Origin: Candidatus Hydrothermarchaeales archaeon
GTDB taxonomy: Archaea > Hydrothermarchaeota > Hydrothermarchaeia > Hydrothermarchaeales > SZUA-236
NCBI GenBank assembly: GCA_046761145.1
Contig: JBHIFP010000002.1
Coordinates: forward strand, 1-42,368
Direction: 5' to 3'
Length of the DNA stretch: 42,368 nt
Shown here: positions 10,648-20,067 of the stretch, in pieces
How the letters are laid out: each line of letters starts with the position of its first letter
Numbering within the stretch: the stretch's first letter is position 1
Notes under the pieces: generated by a model
What the model saw: only the letters and a program-made list of their open reading frames with translations
What the model was told of the DNA's origin: nothing
Databases searched by the model: none
Translations under genes and position numbers: made by a program

Positions 10648-11361
10648 ATGGCAGAGCGCGAGATAAGCATCGTCGGGATATTGGACGCATTGAAGAAGAA
10701 ATTCAAAAAGATAGCGATCATCCTTGTAATCGGTTTTGGGGTCTCGTGGTTCATCGCGGAGTACATAATAAGGCAGGTCAAAAATGACCTATTGGGTGGT
10801 TTAGAAGGCGCGGAGTTGATCGCAACAAGTCCCATAGAGTACGTTTTGGTCCAGATAGAGATAGCATTGGTCCTAGCGATATTCTTTGCCTTGCCCGTAA
10901 TGGTCTACTGGGTATTGAAGAGATACAGGAGGAGGATCCATGGAAAAACCTTATCGATTCTCATATGGTGTGCCGCGGCGGTCGTCTTATTCCTCATAGG
11001 GTTTGGATTCACATATTTCCTAATCCTTCCCAAAGCAATTTGGATACTTACCGTCCTCGTGACAAATGCGGACATCGCGCCTTATTATTCCGTCAGTTCT
11101 TTCATGACTTTCACGTTGTTATCGATCGTAGTCTTCAGCATAGTCTTCGAGTTGCCCCTCGTCGTTACGTGGCTTTCCATCAATGGCCTCGTATCTGTGG
11201 ATACGCTCAAAGCAAGGAGGAAACACGTGATCGTCGCCATCTTTATCATCACCGGTATAATAACGCCGGACCCCACGCCATTCAGCCAACTCCTGTTGTC
11301 CGTCCCATTGATACTCTTGTATGAGGCCAGCATCATATCCGCAAAGATGTTCACGAAGTGA
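10648..11361 (+). CDS. tatC: Twin-arginine translocase subunit TatC
   Basis: Six hydrophobic segments, TSPIEY, FELP, IITPDPTPFSQ..LLYE; upstream of tatA genes. Confidence 0.93.
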   Translation: MAEREISIVGILDALKKKFKKIAIILVIGFGVSWFIAEYIIRQVKNDLLGGLEGAELIATSPIEYVLVQIEIALVLAIFFALPVMVYWVLKRYRRRIHGKTLSILIWCAAAVVLFLIGFGFTYFLILPKAIWILTVLVTNADIAPYYSVSSFMTFTLLSIVVFSIVFELPLVVTWLSINGLVSVDTLKARRKHVIVAIFIITGIITPDPTPFSQLLLSVPLILLYEASIISAKMFTK

Positions 11362-11560
11362 ACTACCACCCTTTGAAAAGGGTGGCTTCCTGTTTCAACG
11401 GCGTTCCCAACGGAAGGCCTCCGACAGGCATCAAATCGGGCCGTTCCAGCCCTACAGACTTAAGCCCACGCAGCAAGATGTTCACGGCGGCGTTAACGTC
11501 CCTGTCGAGGACGAGCCCGCAGCCGCACCTGTGGACCCTCGTGGATAATGACTTTGGCAC
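11358..11560 (-). ncRNA. Predicted omegaRNA/reRNA scaffold overlapping the tnpB 3' end; the guide would be read from flanking DNA below 11358
   Basis: Established TnpB architecture plus the right-end hairpin seen here; the 5' boundary is a guess. Confidence 0.5.
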
Positions 11561-12538
11561 ACGGGCACCGCAGCGACAGCAGAGCTGAGAGGTGCCGTTG
11601 CAGTCGACGATGGATACCCAAGTCCCAGCCTCCTCCGCTTTGAACCTGGTGAAGGTTATGAGGGCAGACCAGCCTGCATCCTGGATGGATTTGGCCAGGC
11701 GGCTTTGCATCATCCCCCCGATGTTGAGGTCCTCGAAGGCTATGAGGTCGTAGCTATCGACGAGCTTTCTGGAGAGCTTGTGCAGGAAGTCCGAACGCTG
11801 GTTTCTTACCTTTCTGTAGACCCTGGCGATCTTCAATTTTTGCCTCCTTCGGTTGTTGGAGCCCTTCTTCTTTTTTGACAACCTCCTCTGCTCCTTGGCG
11901 AGTTTCTCCTCAGATTTCCTGAGGTACTTGGGCGGGGCGATGGCCTCTCCTGTGCTCAGGGTAACGAGTTCTTTCAGGCCTAGGTCAACGCCGATGGCAG
12001 AGGCTATTTCCTCCTTGGCCTTCCTGGGCACGTCGGGAAGCTCAACGGAGAAGCAGGCGTACCAGTGGTCGGCATCCCTGCGAAGGGTGCAGGTCCTCAC
12101 CTCGCCCTCTATGGGTCTGTGGAGCTTGATGTTGACTTCGCCTATCTTGGAGAGGCGGAGTTTTTTGCCCACGATGGCAAATCCAAATTGCGGGTAGGTG
12201 AAGCTATCATACCTACCTCGGCCCCTGAATCTCGGGTGGCCGGGCTTCCCTCCATTCTTGACCCTGCGGAAGAAGTTTTGGAAGGCCTTGTCGACCCTCC
12301 TTAAGACATCCTGCAACACCTGGGAGTGGACCTCTTGCAGGCGTGGGTCGGATTCCTTCTGCGAGGGCAGGACCACCGCCTGTTCGTGATAGCTCACAGA
12401 ACGCCTCTCCTCCTTCCAGGCTGCTCTGCGCTCGGCCAGGGAGTTGTTGTAGAGGATGCGGCAGGTCTCAAGGGTCTGCTCCAATTTAGCTCTCTGCCCC
12501 CTATTCGGATACAGGCGGAATTTGAAGGCCTTTCTCAT
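11363..12538 (-). CDS. tnpB: RNA-guided endonuclease TnpB
   Basis: KAFKFRLYPN, YNNSLAER, SQVLQ, PRFR, RuvC GVDLG / AFEDL / DRDVNAA, Zn finger CCRC...CGC; true start ATG 12538 (391 aa). Confidence 0.96.
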   Translation of the reverse strand: MRKAFKFRLYPNRGQRAKLEQTLETCRILYNNSLAERRAAWKEERRSVSYHEQAVVLPSQKESDPRLQEVHSQVLQDVLRRVDKAFQNFFRRVKNGGKPGHPRFRGRGRYDSFTYPQFGFAIVGKKLRLSKIGEVNIKLHRPIEGEVRTCTLRRDADHWYACFSVELPDVPRKAKEEIASAIGVDLGLKELVTLSTGEAIAPPKYLRKSEEKLAKEQRRLSKKKKGSNNRRRQKLKIARVYRKVRNQRSDFLHKLSRKLVDSYDLIAFEDLNIGGMMQSRLAKSIQDAGWSALITFTRFKAEEAGTWVSIVDCNGTSQLCCRCGARVPKSLSTRVHRCGCGLVLDRDVNAAVNILLRGLKSVGLERPDLMPVGGLPLGTPLKQEATLFKGW

Positions 12539-12653
12539 GTTACTATTTCTCTTCTCAGGGGGACATATGTATTGTCCTAGAGCGCAGGAAAAGTATTGCG
12601 GCTGTATCCCCTTCCATGAAGGGAGGGGTTTTGACCGTGAGCCGATTAATAAA

Positions 12654-12671
12654 GGACGAAAAATATATAAG
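12654..12671 (+). promoter_or_regulatory. BRE/TATA promoter of the tatA pair
   Basis: GGACGAAAAATATATAAG about 45 bp upstream of tatA; GGAGGTG RBS at 12700-12706. Confidence 0.55.
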
Positions 12672-12715
12672 AGACAAATCAAAATGTGTTCCAAAAAATG
12701 GAGGTGTAGAAGAAG

Positions 12716-12988
12716 ATGATTTCGTTGATGGTACTGGGTCAACCAGAGCTCTTGATTATCCTTTTCATAATCCTGATACTCTTCGGAAGTTCGAAGTTAC
12801 CAGAGCTCGCTAGATCGATGGGCAGGGCAAAGAGCGAATTCAAGAAAGGTATGGAGGAGGACACAGAAGAAGAGAAGAAGAAGCTGGAAGCGCAGAAGGT
12901 CGAGGCCGCGCCAGAAGCTCCAGCACCAGCTCCCGAAGCGCCCACCACACCACCTGAAGAACCACCCGCTACACCGAAGGAAGAATAG
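12716..12988 (+). CDS. tatA: Tat translocase TatA
   Basis: LGQPELLIILFIILILFGSSKLPELARSMGRAKSEFKKG, acidic/Pro tail. Confidence 0.93.
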   Translation: MISLMVLGQPELLIILFIILILFGSSKLPELARSMGRAKSEFKKGMEEDTEEEKKKLEAQKVEAAPEAPAPAPEAPTTPPEEPPATPKEE

Positions 12989-12996
12989 GTGAGGAT

Positions 12997-13425
12997 ATGG
13001 CACTCGGTGGGCCCGAGGTGGCGGTCATCGTCATTATCGGGCTTTTGCTTTTTGGACCAAAGAAATTACCAGAGTTGGCGAGGGCAGTAGGCCGAGCAGT
13101 AGGGGAATATCAGAAGGCGGTAAGGGAATTCGAGAACGAAGCCGATAAGGTCAGGAAGGACGTCCTTGAAGAGAAACCCCAACCATCCGCGATCACGCCA
13201 TCGAGAACGAAGACTTCGGGGCCCTCCCCACAGTTGAAGAAGATCGCCAAAAATTTGGGGATTGATCCAGCAGGTAAATCCGAGGCCCAACTCTTGGCCG
13301 AGATCAATCGGAAAACCAAGCTGGCAGAGAAGAAATTGGCGGAGAAAGAGTCCGCCAAAACTCCCAGTAAAGAGAAAGAAACCGGATCGAAGACGGAAGC
13401 AATGGAATCGGCTTCTAAGACCTGA
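12997..13425 (+). CDS. tatA: Tat translocase TatA/TatB-family paralogue
   Basis: LGGPE...LLFGPKKLPELARAVGRAVGEY; C-terminal IAKNLGIDPAGKSEAQL. Confidence 0.88.
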   Translation: MALGGPEVAVIVIIGLLLFGPKKLPELARAVGRAVGEYQKAVREFENEADKVRKDVLEEKPQPSAITPSRTKTSGPSPQLKKIAKNLGIDPAGKSEAQLLAEINRKTKLAEKKLAEKESAKTPSKEKETGSKTEAMESASKT

Positions 13426-14149
13426 GCTCTCTATGTATCCTCCACTCCCTCAATGCCCGATATGTGTCCGTCTTATGAAGGTCCGCAAACAAGATCTTTT
13501 TCAACCCGATCTTTATCAATATGGGGGGCATTATCTCGTTGGGGATATTCAAGAGGAATAGAGCAGATAAGAGCAGATAAGACCAAGTCGGAGCCCCATA
13601 TGCAAAGGCCATAATCCCCGTCGCCAACAGAACCGATGTAGACACTATAGGCCCGATGGCATGCATCATGGCCCTTGATCTTGGGGAAGACTTTAGATAC
13701 GACGCATAGTCCGTCTTCAATGTGGGTTCTATCATCGCTGGCCCGTCGGGGAAATAGAAAGTAAATCCGATGCCGAAATATCTGCCAACGATGTAATGAG
13801 ATAGGGGGTGGAGGGTGGTCATGAGTACGAAGGCACTCAAGACGAAAGATACGCCCATAACGGTTCCGGGATTTTGCAGACCATAGAATATTAGGGCTAC
13901 GCCGAAGATCGTCCCGATCAACTCCACAACGTGCCCCAATCTTGCATCGACCGCCAGCCATGCACTCTCCCTGAAGACCTTCTGATCGATCCTCCCGATT
14001 TGATCCCCAAACTTCTCTATAAGTGAAGGATCTCTTTTGACACTTGAGACGATCTTCCAAAATCCCAACTCTCTGAGCGCGTAATTTTCTTTAGAAACCT
14101 CCCCTTCTATGCGGTCAAGTATCTCTTGGATCTCACCGGCTTCGGGCAT
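13415..14149 (-). CDS. Membrane protein, remote M50/site-2-protease-like
   Basis: About 4 TM segments; LHPLSHYIVG and AIGPIVS resemble the HExxH and AGP motifs. Confidence 0.55.
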   Translation of the reverse strand: MPEAGEIQEILDRIEGEVSKENYALRELGFWKIVSSVKRDPSLIEKFGDQIGRIDQKVFRESAWLAVDARLGHVVELIGTIFGVALIFYGLQNPGTVMGVSFVLSAFVLMTTLHPLSHYIVGRYFGIGFTFYFPDGPAMIEPTLKTDYASYLKSSPRSRAMMHAIGPIVSTSVLLATGIMAFAYGAPTWSYLLLSALFLLNIPNEIMPPILIKIGLKKILFADLHKTDTYRALREWRIHRELRS

Positions 14150-14204
14150 TTTTATCCCGGTTAAGGGGGTACTATCTATTCATTTAAAAAGATTTCTAAT
14201 GCGT

Positions 14205-14543
14205 TCAATGATGGTGCTCCATTATGTGTCCTCCGGCAAGCACATAGTGGCTCACTTCATCGGCATCGTTCTCCAGGTAAAATACATCTTCTTCATGGAG
14301 GTGTATGGCCTCGCCTTCCTCCATGGAAAATGTTTCATGGCCGGAGTTGGCCCTCAATTTTCCTTTGGCGATGCACAAGATCTCTTCATGGCCCCTTCCG
14401 GGATGGACTTTCCTACCCTTTTCCCCGGGGTGCAATACCCCGTAAATCAGGTATACTGCGTGGGTATGGAGTTCCTCTAAGCCGAGGATATATTCCCCTG
14501 CCTCAGAACTCTTGGCCGCTCCTTTCAATTGAAAAACCCTCAT
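14205..14543 (-). CDS. Cupin-fold protein
   Basis: HPGRGHEEILCIAKG...MEEGEAIHL beta-barrel pattern; RBS GGAGG. Confidence 0.75.
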   Translation of the reverse strand: MRVFQLKGAAKSSEAGEYILGLEELHTHAVYLIYGVLHPGEKGRKVHPGRGHEEILCIAKGKLRANSGHETFSMEEGEAIHLHEEDVFYLENDADEVSHYVLAGGHIMEHHH

Positions 14544-14619
14544 ATCGAATCCTCCTTCTACCTGAAATCGTTAAAAGATAGAAGAACATATCCCTAATCG
14601 ACTTAAAATCTTTCGGGGA

Positions 14620-15273
14620 ATGGATGAGATGAACGCTCAGAAGCGCGTCAATGAAACCCTGCTAGATCTCATCAGGGGAGAGTCCATAAGGGATATGTGC
14701 CTCTTGGATGTGGGTTGTGGTTCTGGCGCCCTAACCTTTGCCATAGCCCCAGAGGCAAGATATGTGGTAGGGATAGACATCTCGAAGGAGCGGGTGGAGG
14801 AGGCCAAGAGGCATGCGATGATGGATAAGGTTGGGAACGTGAGCTTCCATGTGAGAGATGCCTACACCACCGATTATAGAAGCTTAGGGGATATAGATAT
14901 GGTCATCTCCAATCTCTGTATGTCCGATGAGATAATAACACGATCTTATGAGGCCTTGAGGGAGGGTTCCCCTCTTGCCTTCGCCTGTTTCCACTCGGAA
15001 AACCTAAAAGAACTCGGCCGAAGATCGAGGTTTTCGTACACCAAGTCCGAGATGAAAAAGGTCCTTGAAAGGACGGGTTTTGTGACGGAGTACCTAGAAG
15101 TGGAGAAAGAGAAAGTGGAGTTCGATTCTAAAGATGAGGCATTGGATTACTTCTCTGATTCGATCAGATGTAAGTGGCAAAGAAACGGGCGCTGGGACAA
15201 TTTTCTTTCCTATCTTGAGGGGGGAGGTAGGAGCATCACAAAGAGCATACTCGTCGTCAAAGCAAGGAGATGA
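14620..15273 (+). CDS. Class I SAM-dependent methyltransferase
   Basis: LLDVGCGSG, VVGIDIS, DMVISN. Confidence 0.9.
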   Translation: MDEMNAQKRVNETLLDLIRGESIRDMCLLDVGCGSGALTFAIAPEARYVVGIDISKERVEEAKRHAMMDKVGNVSFHVRDAYTTDYRSLGDIDMVISNLCMSDEIITRSYEALREGSPLAFACFHSENLKELGRRSRFSYTKSEMKKVLERTGFVTEYLEVEKEKVEFDSKDEALDYFSDSIRCKWQRNGRWDNFLSYLEGGGRSITKSILVVKARR

Positions 15274-15582
15274 GTGATATCGAAAACTATATGGCCTCGA
15301 AGGCCTTGGCCAAGTCTGGCTAGGAGGGGTACTATATATAAAAAAGTGAGTAGGGTGATGCAGAAATATCGCGTGTTCTCATAAAATCGTTAAAATCGGT
15401 TATTTTTAAAGGTTATATTTTTCTGTATTTATTATTTAATTGCGTTTCATCGCCTATTTTATTCAAAACTGTCCATATCTTGCGATTTTATTAAAATCCT
15501 ACGATGATAAACGTCCGGCTATTGTCGATTTTTCCTCCATATTTTCGGCTACACACAAATTTTCTACATGACCCGGTGAAAT

Positions 15583-17145
15583 TTAGAAAGTATGTGGTAA
15601 AGCATTGCTCAACTCATCGTATCTTTTTTTGACCAAATCCCATAGTAGTCTTTGCGCCTCGGTGGGACCAAAAGACCCCTCTTTCAATCCCCTAACTTCG
15701 TCTGCCAATTTGCCATCGCCGATCGTAAAACGGATCCAGTTCTCGAAGTGATCGCTCATGAGGTGAAATTTGATGGCCTTTGGAGAGACCAGGGGGATCG
15801 TCTCTTTGAATTCCCCCAAGCTGTGCGCAGAAATTCCTATATAATCGCCGTCTTCGTGGTAGTGCATCGCCCTCTCTGGCGGTAAGACTCTGAGGAGAAG
15901 AGCCGATGTCTTTTCCGGTGCAGGGAGTTGCTCCGAGACGCGTTCTTGAAAGTCCGACAAGATCGCGGTAAAGGCATGGAATACCTCGATGGGCGTCTGT
16001 TGGCTAAAATAACCATGAACGATACCCGGGCCCCCGCCCGCGATAAACATATAGTAAAGGTGATCGCTTATCTGCAAATTGCGCCAGATCTTCAAAGTTG
16101 TTTCATCGTTGGTCTCTTTGACAAAGGGCTCCAACCTTCTTATGGCATCATAGCAAGTGCGCTGCATATCGTTGCTCAGCCATGCGCCGGTGTCGCGCTC
16201 GATGTCCGCCCAAGAGATCGTATCGAAATCGTCGACATCGATCTCGTCCTTGGGTCCATAACGATCAACCAATTCGGATGGAGTTGCGAAATTCAAGTGC
16301 TCGTACTTCAAGACCTCACCGGGCAACCAAGAGAAGAACTCGAAGATCCCGGTCTCTGCCCACTGGTGCTCCCCTATCGTCTCGTAGTCCAAGAAAATGT
16401 TTATGCAGTCCCCTTGCATCGCGGCGAGCCAAGAGGAGTATTTCTCCGCAGTCAGAGGAAATTCGCTCCACCACCTAGCCGAGAATCGAAATCCGACGTC
16501 GTCAGTCATTCTGTAATTTCTCAGAAGGATTCTCAGATCGCCATCCTTGCTTCTATACACATAATTTGGGGACCTCCACCCGAGCACGCGCTCGATACCC
16601 TCGGTGAAGATCGCCTTGTAGCCCAGAGATTCCACCACCTTTGCGATGGAATTGTTGAAGATGAATTCCGTGTTTTCGAAAGCCATAGGGCTATAACCCA
16701 GGAGGTCTTTCATAGCTCGCCTGTGCATCTCTATCTGGTCGATGAATTCACCTCGGTCTGGAAATAGGCTGACGAGGGAATGATAATACGTCTGATCCAA
16801 GAATTCCACCCTTCCAGTCTCCGCGAGTTGTTTGAAGGACTCGAGCAGATCCGGGAACCATGCCTCGAACTGATCGATCAAAAGGCCTGAGATGCTGTAG
16901 GAAACCTTGAACTCTTTTTTACCTCCCTTGTGACGATCGATATTCTCCAACATGAGATCGTTGGCCGGAAAGTAGCACTTCTCGGCCACTCGTTTCAAAA
17001 TCGTGCGGTTCCAAGTGTTGTTGAAATAGACATCGAAGAGTTCGTCCATAGACTTCCCTTCCGCGAAATCCCTGTTGAACCCCCTGCTCAGCCTCATGGG
17101 CTGATGCGCCTCAAATCCCAAACAGATATCCGTCACCTTCAGCAC
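15583..17145 (-). CDS. GH57 alpha-amylase with C-terminal DUF5752-like domain
   Basis: FEAHQP, YYHSL, NTE, LRNYRMTDD.GFRFS, DYETIGEHQW, SWADIERD, SDHLYYM. Confidence 0.92.
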   Translation of the reverse strand: MLKVTDICLGFEAHQPMRLSRGFNRDFAEGKSMDELFDVYFNNTWNRTILKRVAEKCYFPANDLMLENIDRHKGGKKEFKVSYSISGLLIDQFEAWFPDLLESFKQLAETGRVEFLDQTYYHSLVSLFPDRGEFIDQIEMHRRAMKDLLGYSPMAFENTEFIFNNSIAKVVESLGYKAIFTEGIERVLGWRSPNYVYRSKDGDLRILLRNYRMTDDVGFRFSARWWSEFPLTAEKYSSWLAAMQGDCINIFLDYETIGEHQWAETGIFEFFSWLPGEVLKYEHLNFATPSELVDRYGPKDEIDVDDFDTISWADIERDTGAWLSNDMQRTCYDAIRRLEPFVKETNDETTLKIWRNLQISDHLYYMFIAGGGPGIVHGYFSQQTPIEVFHAFTAILSDFQERVSEQLPAPEKTSALLLRVLPPERAMHYHEDGDYIGISAHSLGEFKETIPLVSPKAIKFHLMSDHFENWIRFTIGDGKLADEVRGLKEGSFGPTEAQRLLWDLVKKRYDELSNALPHTF

Positions 17146-17226
17146 CCTACCCTCCTCTACCTACCCACGAATAAAAAAGTTTCCATAAAATTATATAATG
17201 CAACATACTGCACTATACCGATAAAC

Positions 17227-18399
17227 ATGAAAGCCCTCAAGATCAGCCAATTCTCATGGGAATCCATCTACTCGGTTCGAACTGGTGGCTTGGCCCAAGC
17301 AGTGACCGAACTCGCGGAGACCCTCGCGAGGAAGGGGCACGAGGTTCACATTTTTACTAGGATGGGGGAAGGGCAAAGGGATCGCGACGAGGTAAATGGG
17401 GTCCATTACCACCGTTGTGCCTTTGATCCCGGTACCAACATCATGGAGTACGCCGAAAATATGTGCAGGGCGATGGTACATAGTTTTTCCCAAATCGAAG
17501 AAGATGAGGGCAGATTCGACGTAATCCATGGACACGACTGGCACGTAGTAAATGCATTGAACGAGATCAAAGACTCTTACGGTTATCCGATTTTTTTATC
17601 TTATCACTCTACAGAATACGGCAGAAATGGTGGTTTCTTTGGGGATTGGTGGGAGTATCGCGAGATCTCCGGGAGGGAATGGTACGGGGGTCTAATTTCC
17701 GATCGAATAATCACGGTCTCGCATACCATGAAAGATGAGTTGATGTGGCTGTACGATATCCCGGATTGGAAGATAGATGTGATACCCAACGGGATCCACG
17801 CCGAGAGATATCGAAGGAACGTCGATCCAGGAAGGGTAAAGGAGAGGTATGGGATACATCCTCTGGCTCCCGTCATATTATTCATCGGCAGATTGGTTCA
17901 ACAGAAAGGCCCGGATCTGCTCATCGAGGCGATTCCCCACGTACTCGCGCATAGATGGGACGCCAAATTCGTGATCGCGGGGGAGGGGGGGCTGAGAGGT
18001 CAGCTTGAGCATAGGGCCAGTGAATTGGGAGTTTCCCATGCAGTAAGGTTTTTGGGTTATATACCCGACGAGGAATATCTCGATATCCTCAACGCTTGCG
18101 ATATCGTTTGCATCCCAAGTCGGAATGAACCCTTCGGCATAGTGTTGCTCGAGGCATGGGGGGCCGGGAAACCGGTCATTGCTACCGATATAGGCGGCCC
18201 GAGCGAGAACATAACCAACTTCAAGGATGGGATAAAGGTCAATCATCGACCCGAATCCATCGCTTGGGGTATAAACTACATAATAGATGACGCGGAGGGC
18301 GTCAAGATGATGGGAAAGGAGGGACGAAAGGTCGCTCAAACACTCTTCAACTGGAATTACATCGCCAGAAAAACCATCGAGAGTTATGAGAGACTTTAG
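17227..18399 (+). CDS. GT4 glycosyltransferase (probable archaeal glycogen synthase)
   Basis: FSWES..GGL, HGHDW, HSTEYGR, GRLVQQKG, PSRNEPFGIVLLEAW; start ATG 17227; lies between GH57 and the nucleotidyltransferase. Confidence 0.88.
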   Translation: MKALKISQFSWESIYSVRTGGLAQAVTELAETLARKGHEVHIFTRMGEGQRDRDEVNGVHYHRCAFDPGTNIMEYAENMCRAMVHSFSQIEEDEGRFDVIHGHDWHVVNALNEIKDSYGYPIFLSYHSTEYGRNGGFFGDWWEYREISGREWYGGLISDRIITVSHTMKDELMWLYDIPDWKIDVIPNGIHAERYRRNVDPGRVKERYGIHPLAPVILFIGRLVQQKGPDLLIEAIPHVLAHRWDAKFVIAGEGGLRGQLEHRASELGVSHAVRFLGYIPDEEYLDILNACDIVCIPSRNEPFGIVLLEAWGAGKPVIATDIGGPSENITNFKDGIKVNHRPESIAWGINYIIDDAEGVKMMGKEGRKVAQTLFNWNYIARKTIESYERL

Positions 18400-19884
18400 T
18401 CAGCCTCCATGAGTATAGTATCTCCCCAAATATTCGCGAAGCCTAGTGCACCTTTTATCGGTCTCTTGAATGAGGGCCTCTCTCAAAATTTCCCCTCTGA
18501 GATTCCTATCCCCGATCAATCTGTATTGACTCATGAGTATCGAGTCCCGGATTACCAATTTTACCCAAGCCTCGAAATCGTTTATCGCCCCTTCTATGTG
18601 GTGCTCCAAGGATTCGACTTCGACGCTCCTCAAAACGCTCAAGAACTGGTCGAGATTTTTGGCAACCATGCCAGTGAATACCACATCATTTCCCATCTGT
18701 TTATTGAAGTAGAACGCCTCTTCGTCGCTTACGGTCCTTAAGATAAAAGACGGACCGCATTTATCTCCTTCGTGGTACTCCCCCCCATGAGAGATAAATC
18801 TCCTGAGCTCGCCTCTTACTATGGAATTGGAGATCAAGGTGGTATTGGGCCAGATCCTCGAATTATCGCCTATCTCGACTCCACGTCCAAATCTACACGA
18901 ACCCCCAATGACCGAACCCATTATCTTTGCGTTGTCTCTTATAACGACGTTTTCCCCGATTATGCTCGATGATATGTGCGAATCTCCACCCAAACTCGAA
19001 TTCTCAAAGATGGTCGTTTTCGTAATCCTCGCACCCTCGTGGATGATGGAGTTATCGCCGATGACCGAATAAGGACCTATCTCCGCCCCATCCTCTATCA
19101 TACATACATCTCCTATCAAAGAGGGGGGTTGAACTTCTACATCATCCCCTATAAACGTCGTTTCGCTGAATTGGACGTCATTGAGGTTATCCAACATCCA
19201 CTCGTTTGCCGCATAATATCCGGCTGGAGAGCCAATGTCGGTCCAGAATCCCTCTGCGCAGTAACCATGAATATCGACGCCCTCTCTGAGCAAATGTGGA
19301 AATAGGTCCTTTGCAAAATCGTAAGGTTCATTTTCAGGGATGTAACCAAGGACCTCGGGTTCGAGTACATAGATACCAGAATTGACGAGGTTGCTCGGCT
19401 CCTCTCCTTGCTCTGGCTTCTCGACGAAATCTTTGATTCTCTGATCTCTCAATTCCGCAACGCCAAACTCCCATGGTTCATCCACTTCCACGAGGGTTAT
19501 CGTACAGATCAAACCCTCCTTTTTATGAGACCTGTATACATCGCTCAAATCGATGTCAGTAATGTTATCTCCTTGGATCACAACAAAAGTGCCGTCTATC
19601 AGCTCTTCGGTATTCTTCACAGAGCCAGCAGTGTCTAGTGGTATATCCTCCAAAGGATAATCGATCTCGACGCCGAACCCTTCGCCATCTCCGAAATGCC
19701 CTTGAATCACATCCTTGAGATAGTTCGTCGTGATCAAGATTTTTCCAAAGCCCTGCCCCTTCAAATACTCTATGATGTGGTGGAGGATGGGTTTGTTAGC
19801 CAGAGAGATCATGGGTTTTGGCTTTGTCAACGATAAGGGCCAAAGCCTCGTTCCTTGCCCCCCAGCAAGTACCACAGCTTGCAC
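18400..19884 (-). CDS. NDP-sugar pyrophosphorylase with left-handed beta-helix and C-terminal DUF5752-like domain
   Basis: LAGGQGTRLWPL...PKPM, FVEKP, NSGIY, WTDIG, hexapeptide repeats. Confidence 0.9.
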   Translation of the reverse strand: MQAVVLAGGQGTRLWPLSLTKPKPMISLANKPILHHIIEYLKGQGFGKILITTNYLKDVIQGHFGDGEGFGVEIDYPLEDIPLDTAGSVKNTEELIDGTFVVIQGDNITDIDLSDVYRSHKKEGLICTITLVEVDEPWEFGVAELRDQRIKDFVEKPEQGEEPSNLVNSGIYVLEPEVLGYIPENEPYDFAKDLFPHLLREGVDIHGYCAEGFWTDIGSPAGYYAANEWMLDNLNDVQFSETTFIGDDVEVQPPSLIGDVCMIEDGAEIGPYSVIGDNSIIHEGARITKTTIFENSSLGGDSHISSSIIGENVVIRDNAKIMGSVIGGSCRFGRGVEIGDNSRIWPNTTLISNSIVRGELRRFISHGGEYHEGDKCGPSFILRTVSDEEAFYFNKQMGNDVVFTGMVAKNLDQFLSVLRSVEVESLEHHIEGAINDFEAWVKLVIRDSILMSQYRLIGDRNLRGEILREALIQETDKRCTRLREYLGRYYTHGG

Positions 19885-20067
19885 TTCCTCCGCCTCCTTT
19901 ATTTTATTGTCTCTTCTATTATATAAATTGATGCGTTATAGCAAAACTATGATAGTGAATTTATGGGAAAAATCACGAAAAAATCCTCGACACGTCCCAA
20001 CCTCCGTCAAACTTAAATACTATGTCAAAATCATTTGAATTCGTGAAGCCTCCTACAACAAATAGCG

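Larger units (their letters stand above)
11358..12648 (-). mobile_element. IS200/IS605-family element carrying tnpB only (IS1341-like, non-autonomous)
   Basis: Minus strand: target TTTAT (12653-12649), left end with AAAA + hairpin CCCCTCCC/GGAAGGGG (12608-12628), tnpB, right end GAAG + hairpin CCACCCTTT/AAAGGGTGG (11366-11385) ending TCAC (11361-11358); only 110 bp before tnpB, so no tnpA. Confidence 0.9.

Noticed and set aside
12539-12742. N-terminal 68-aa extension of TnpB in the ORF track
   Set aside because: It runs through the element's left end into tatA; TnpB homology starts at ATG 12538
15274-15582. AT-rich 300-bp gap as replication origin or ncRNA
   Set aside because: No ORB-like repeats, no cdc6 nearby, no convincing structure; the 17-codon ORF at 15270 is unsupported
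16930-17226. Long N-terminal extension of the GT4 ORF
   Set aside because: Overlaps GH57 on the other strand and the divergent promoter; the family motif starts at 17227
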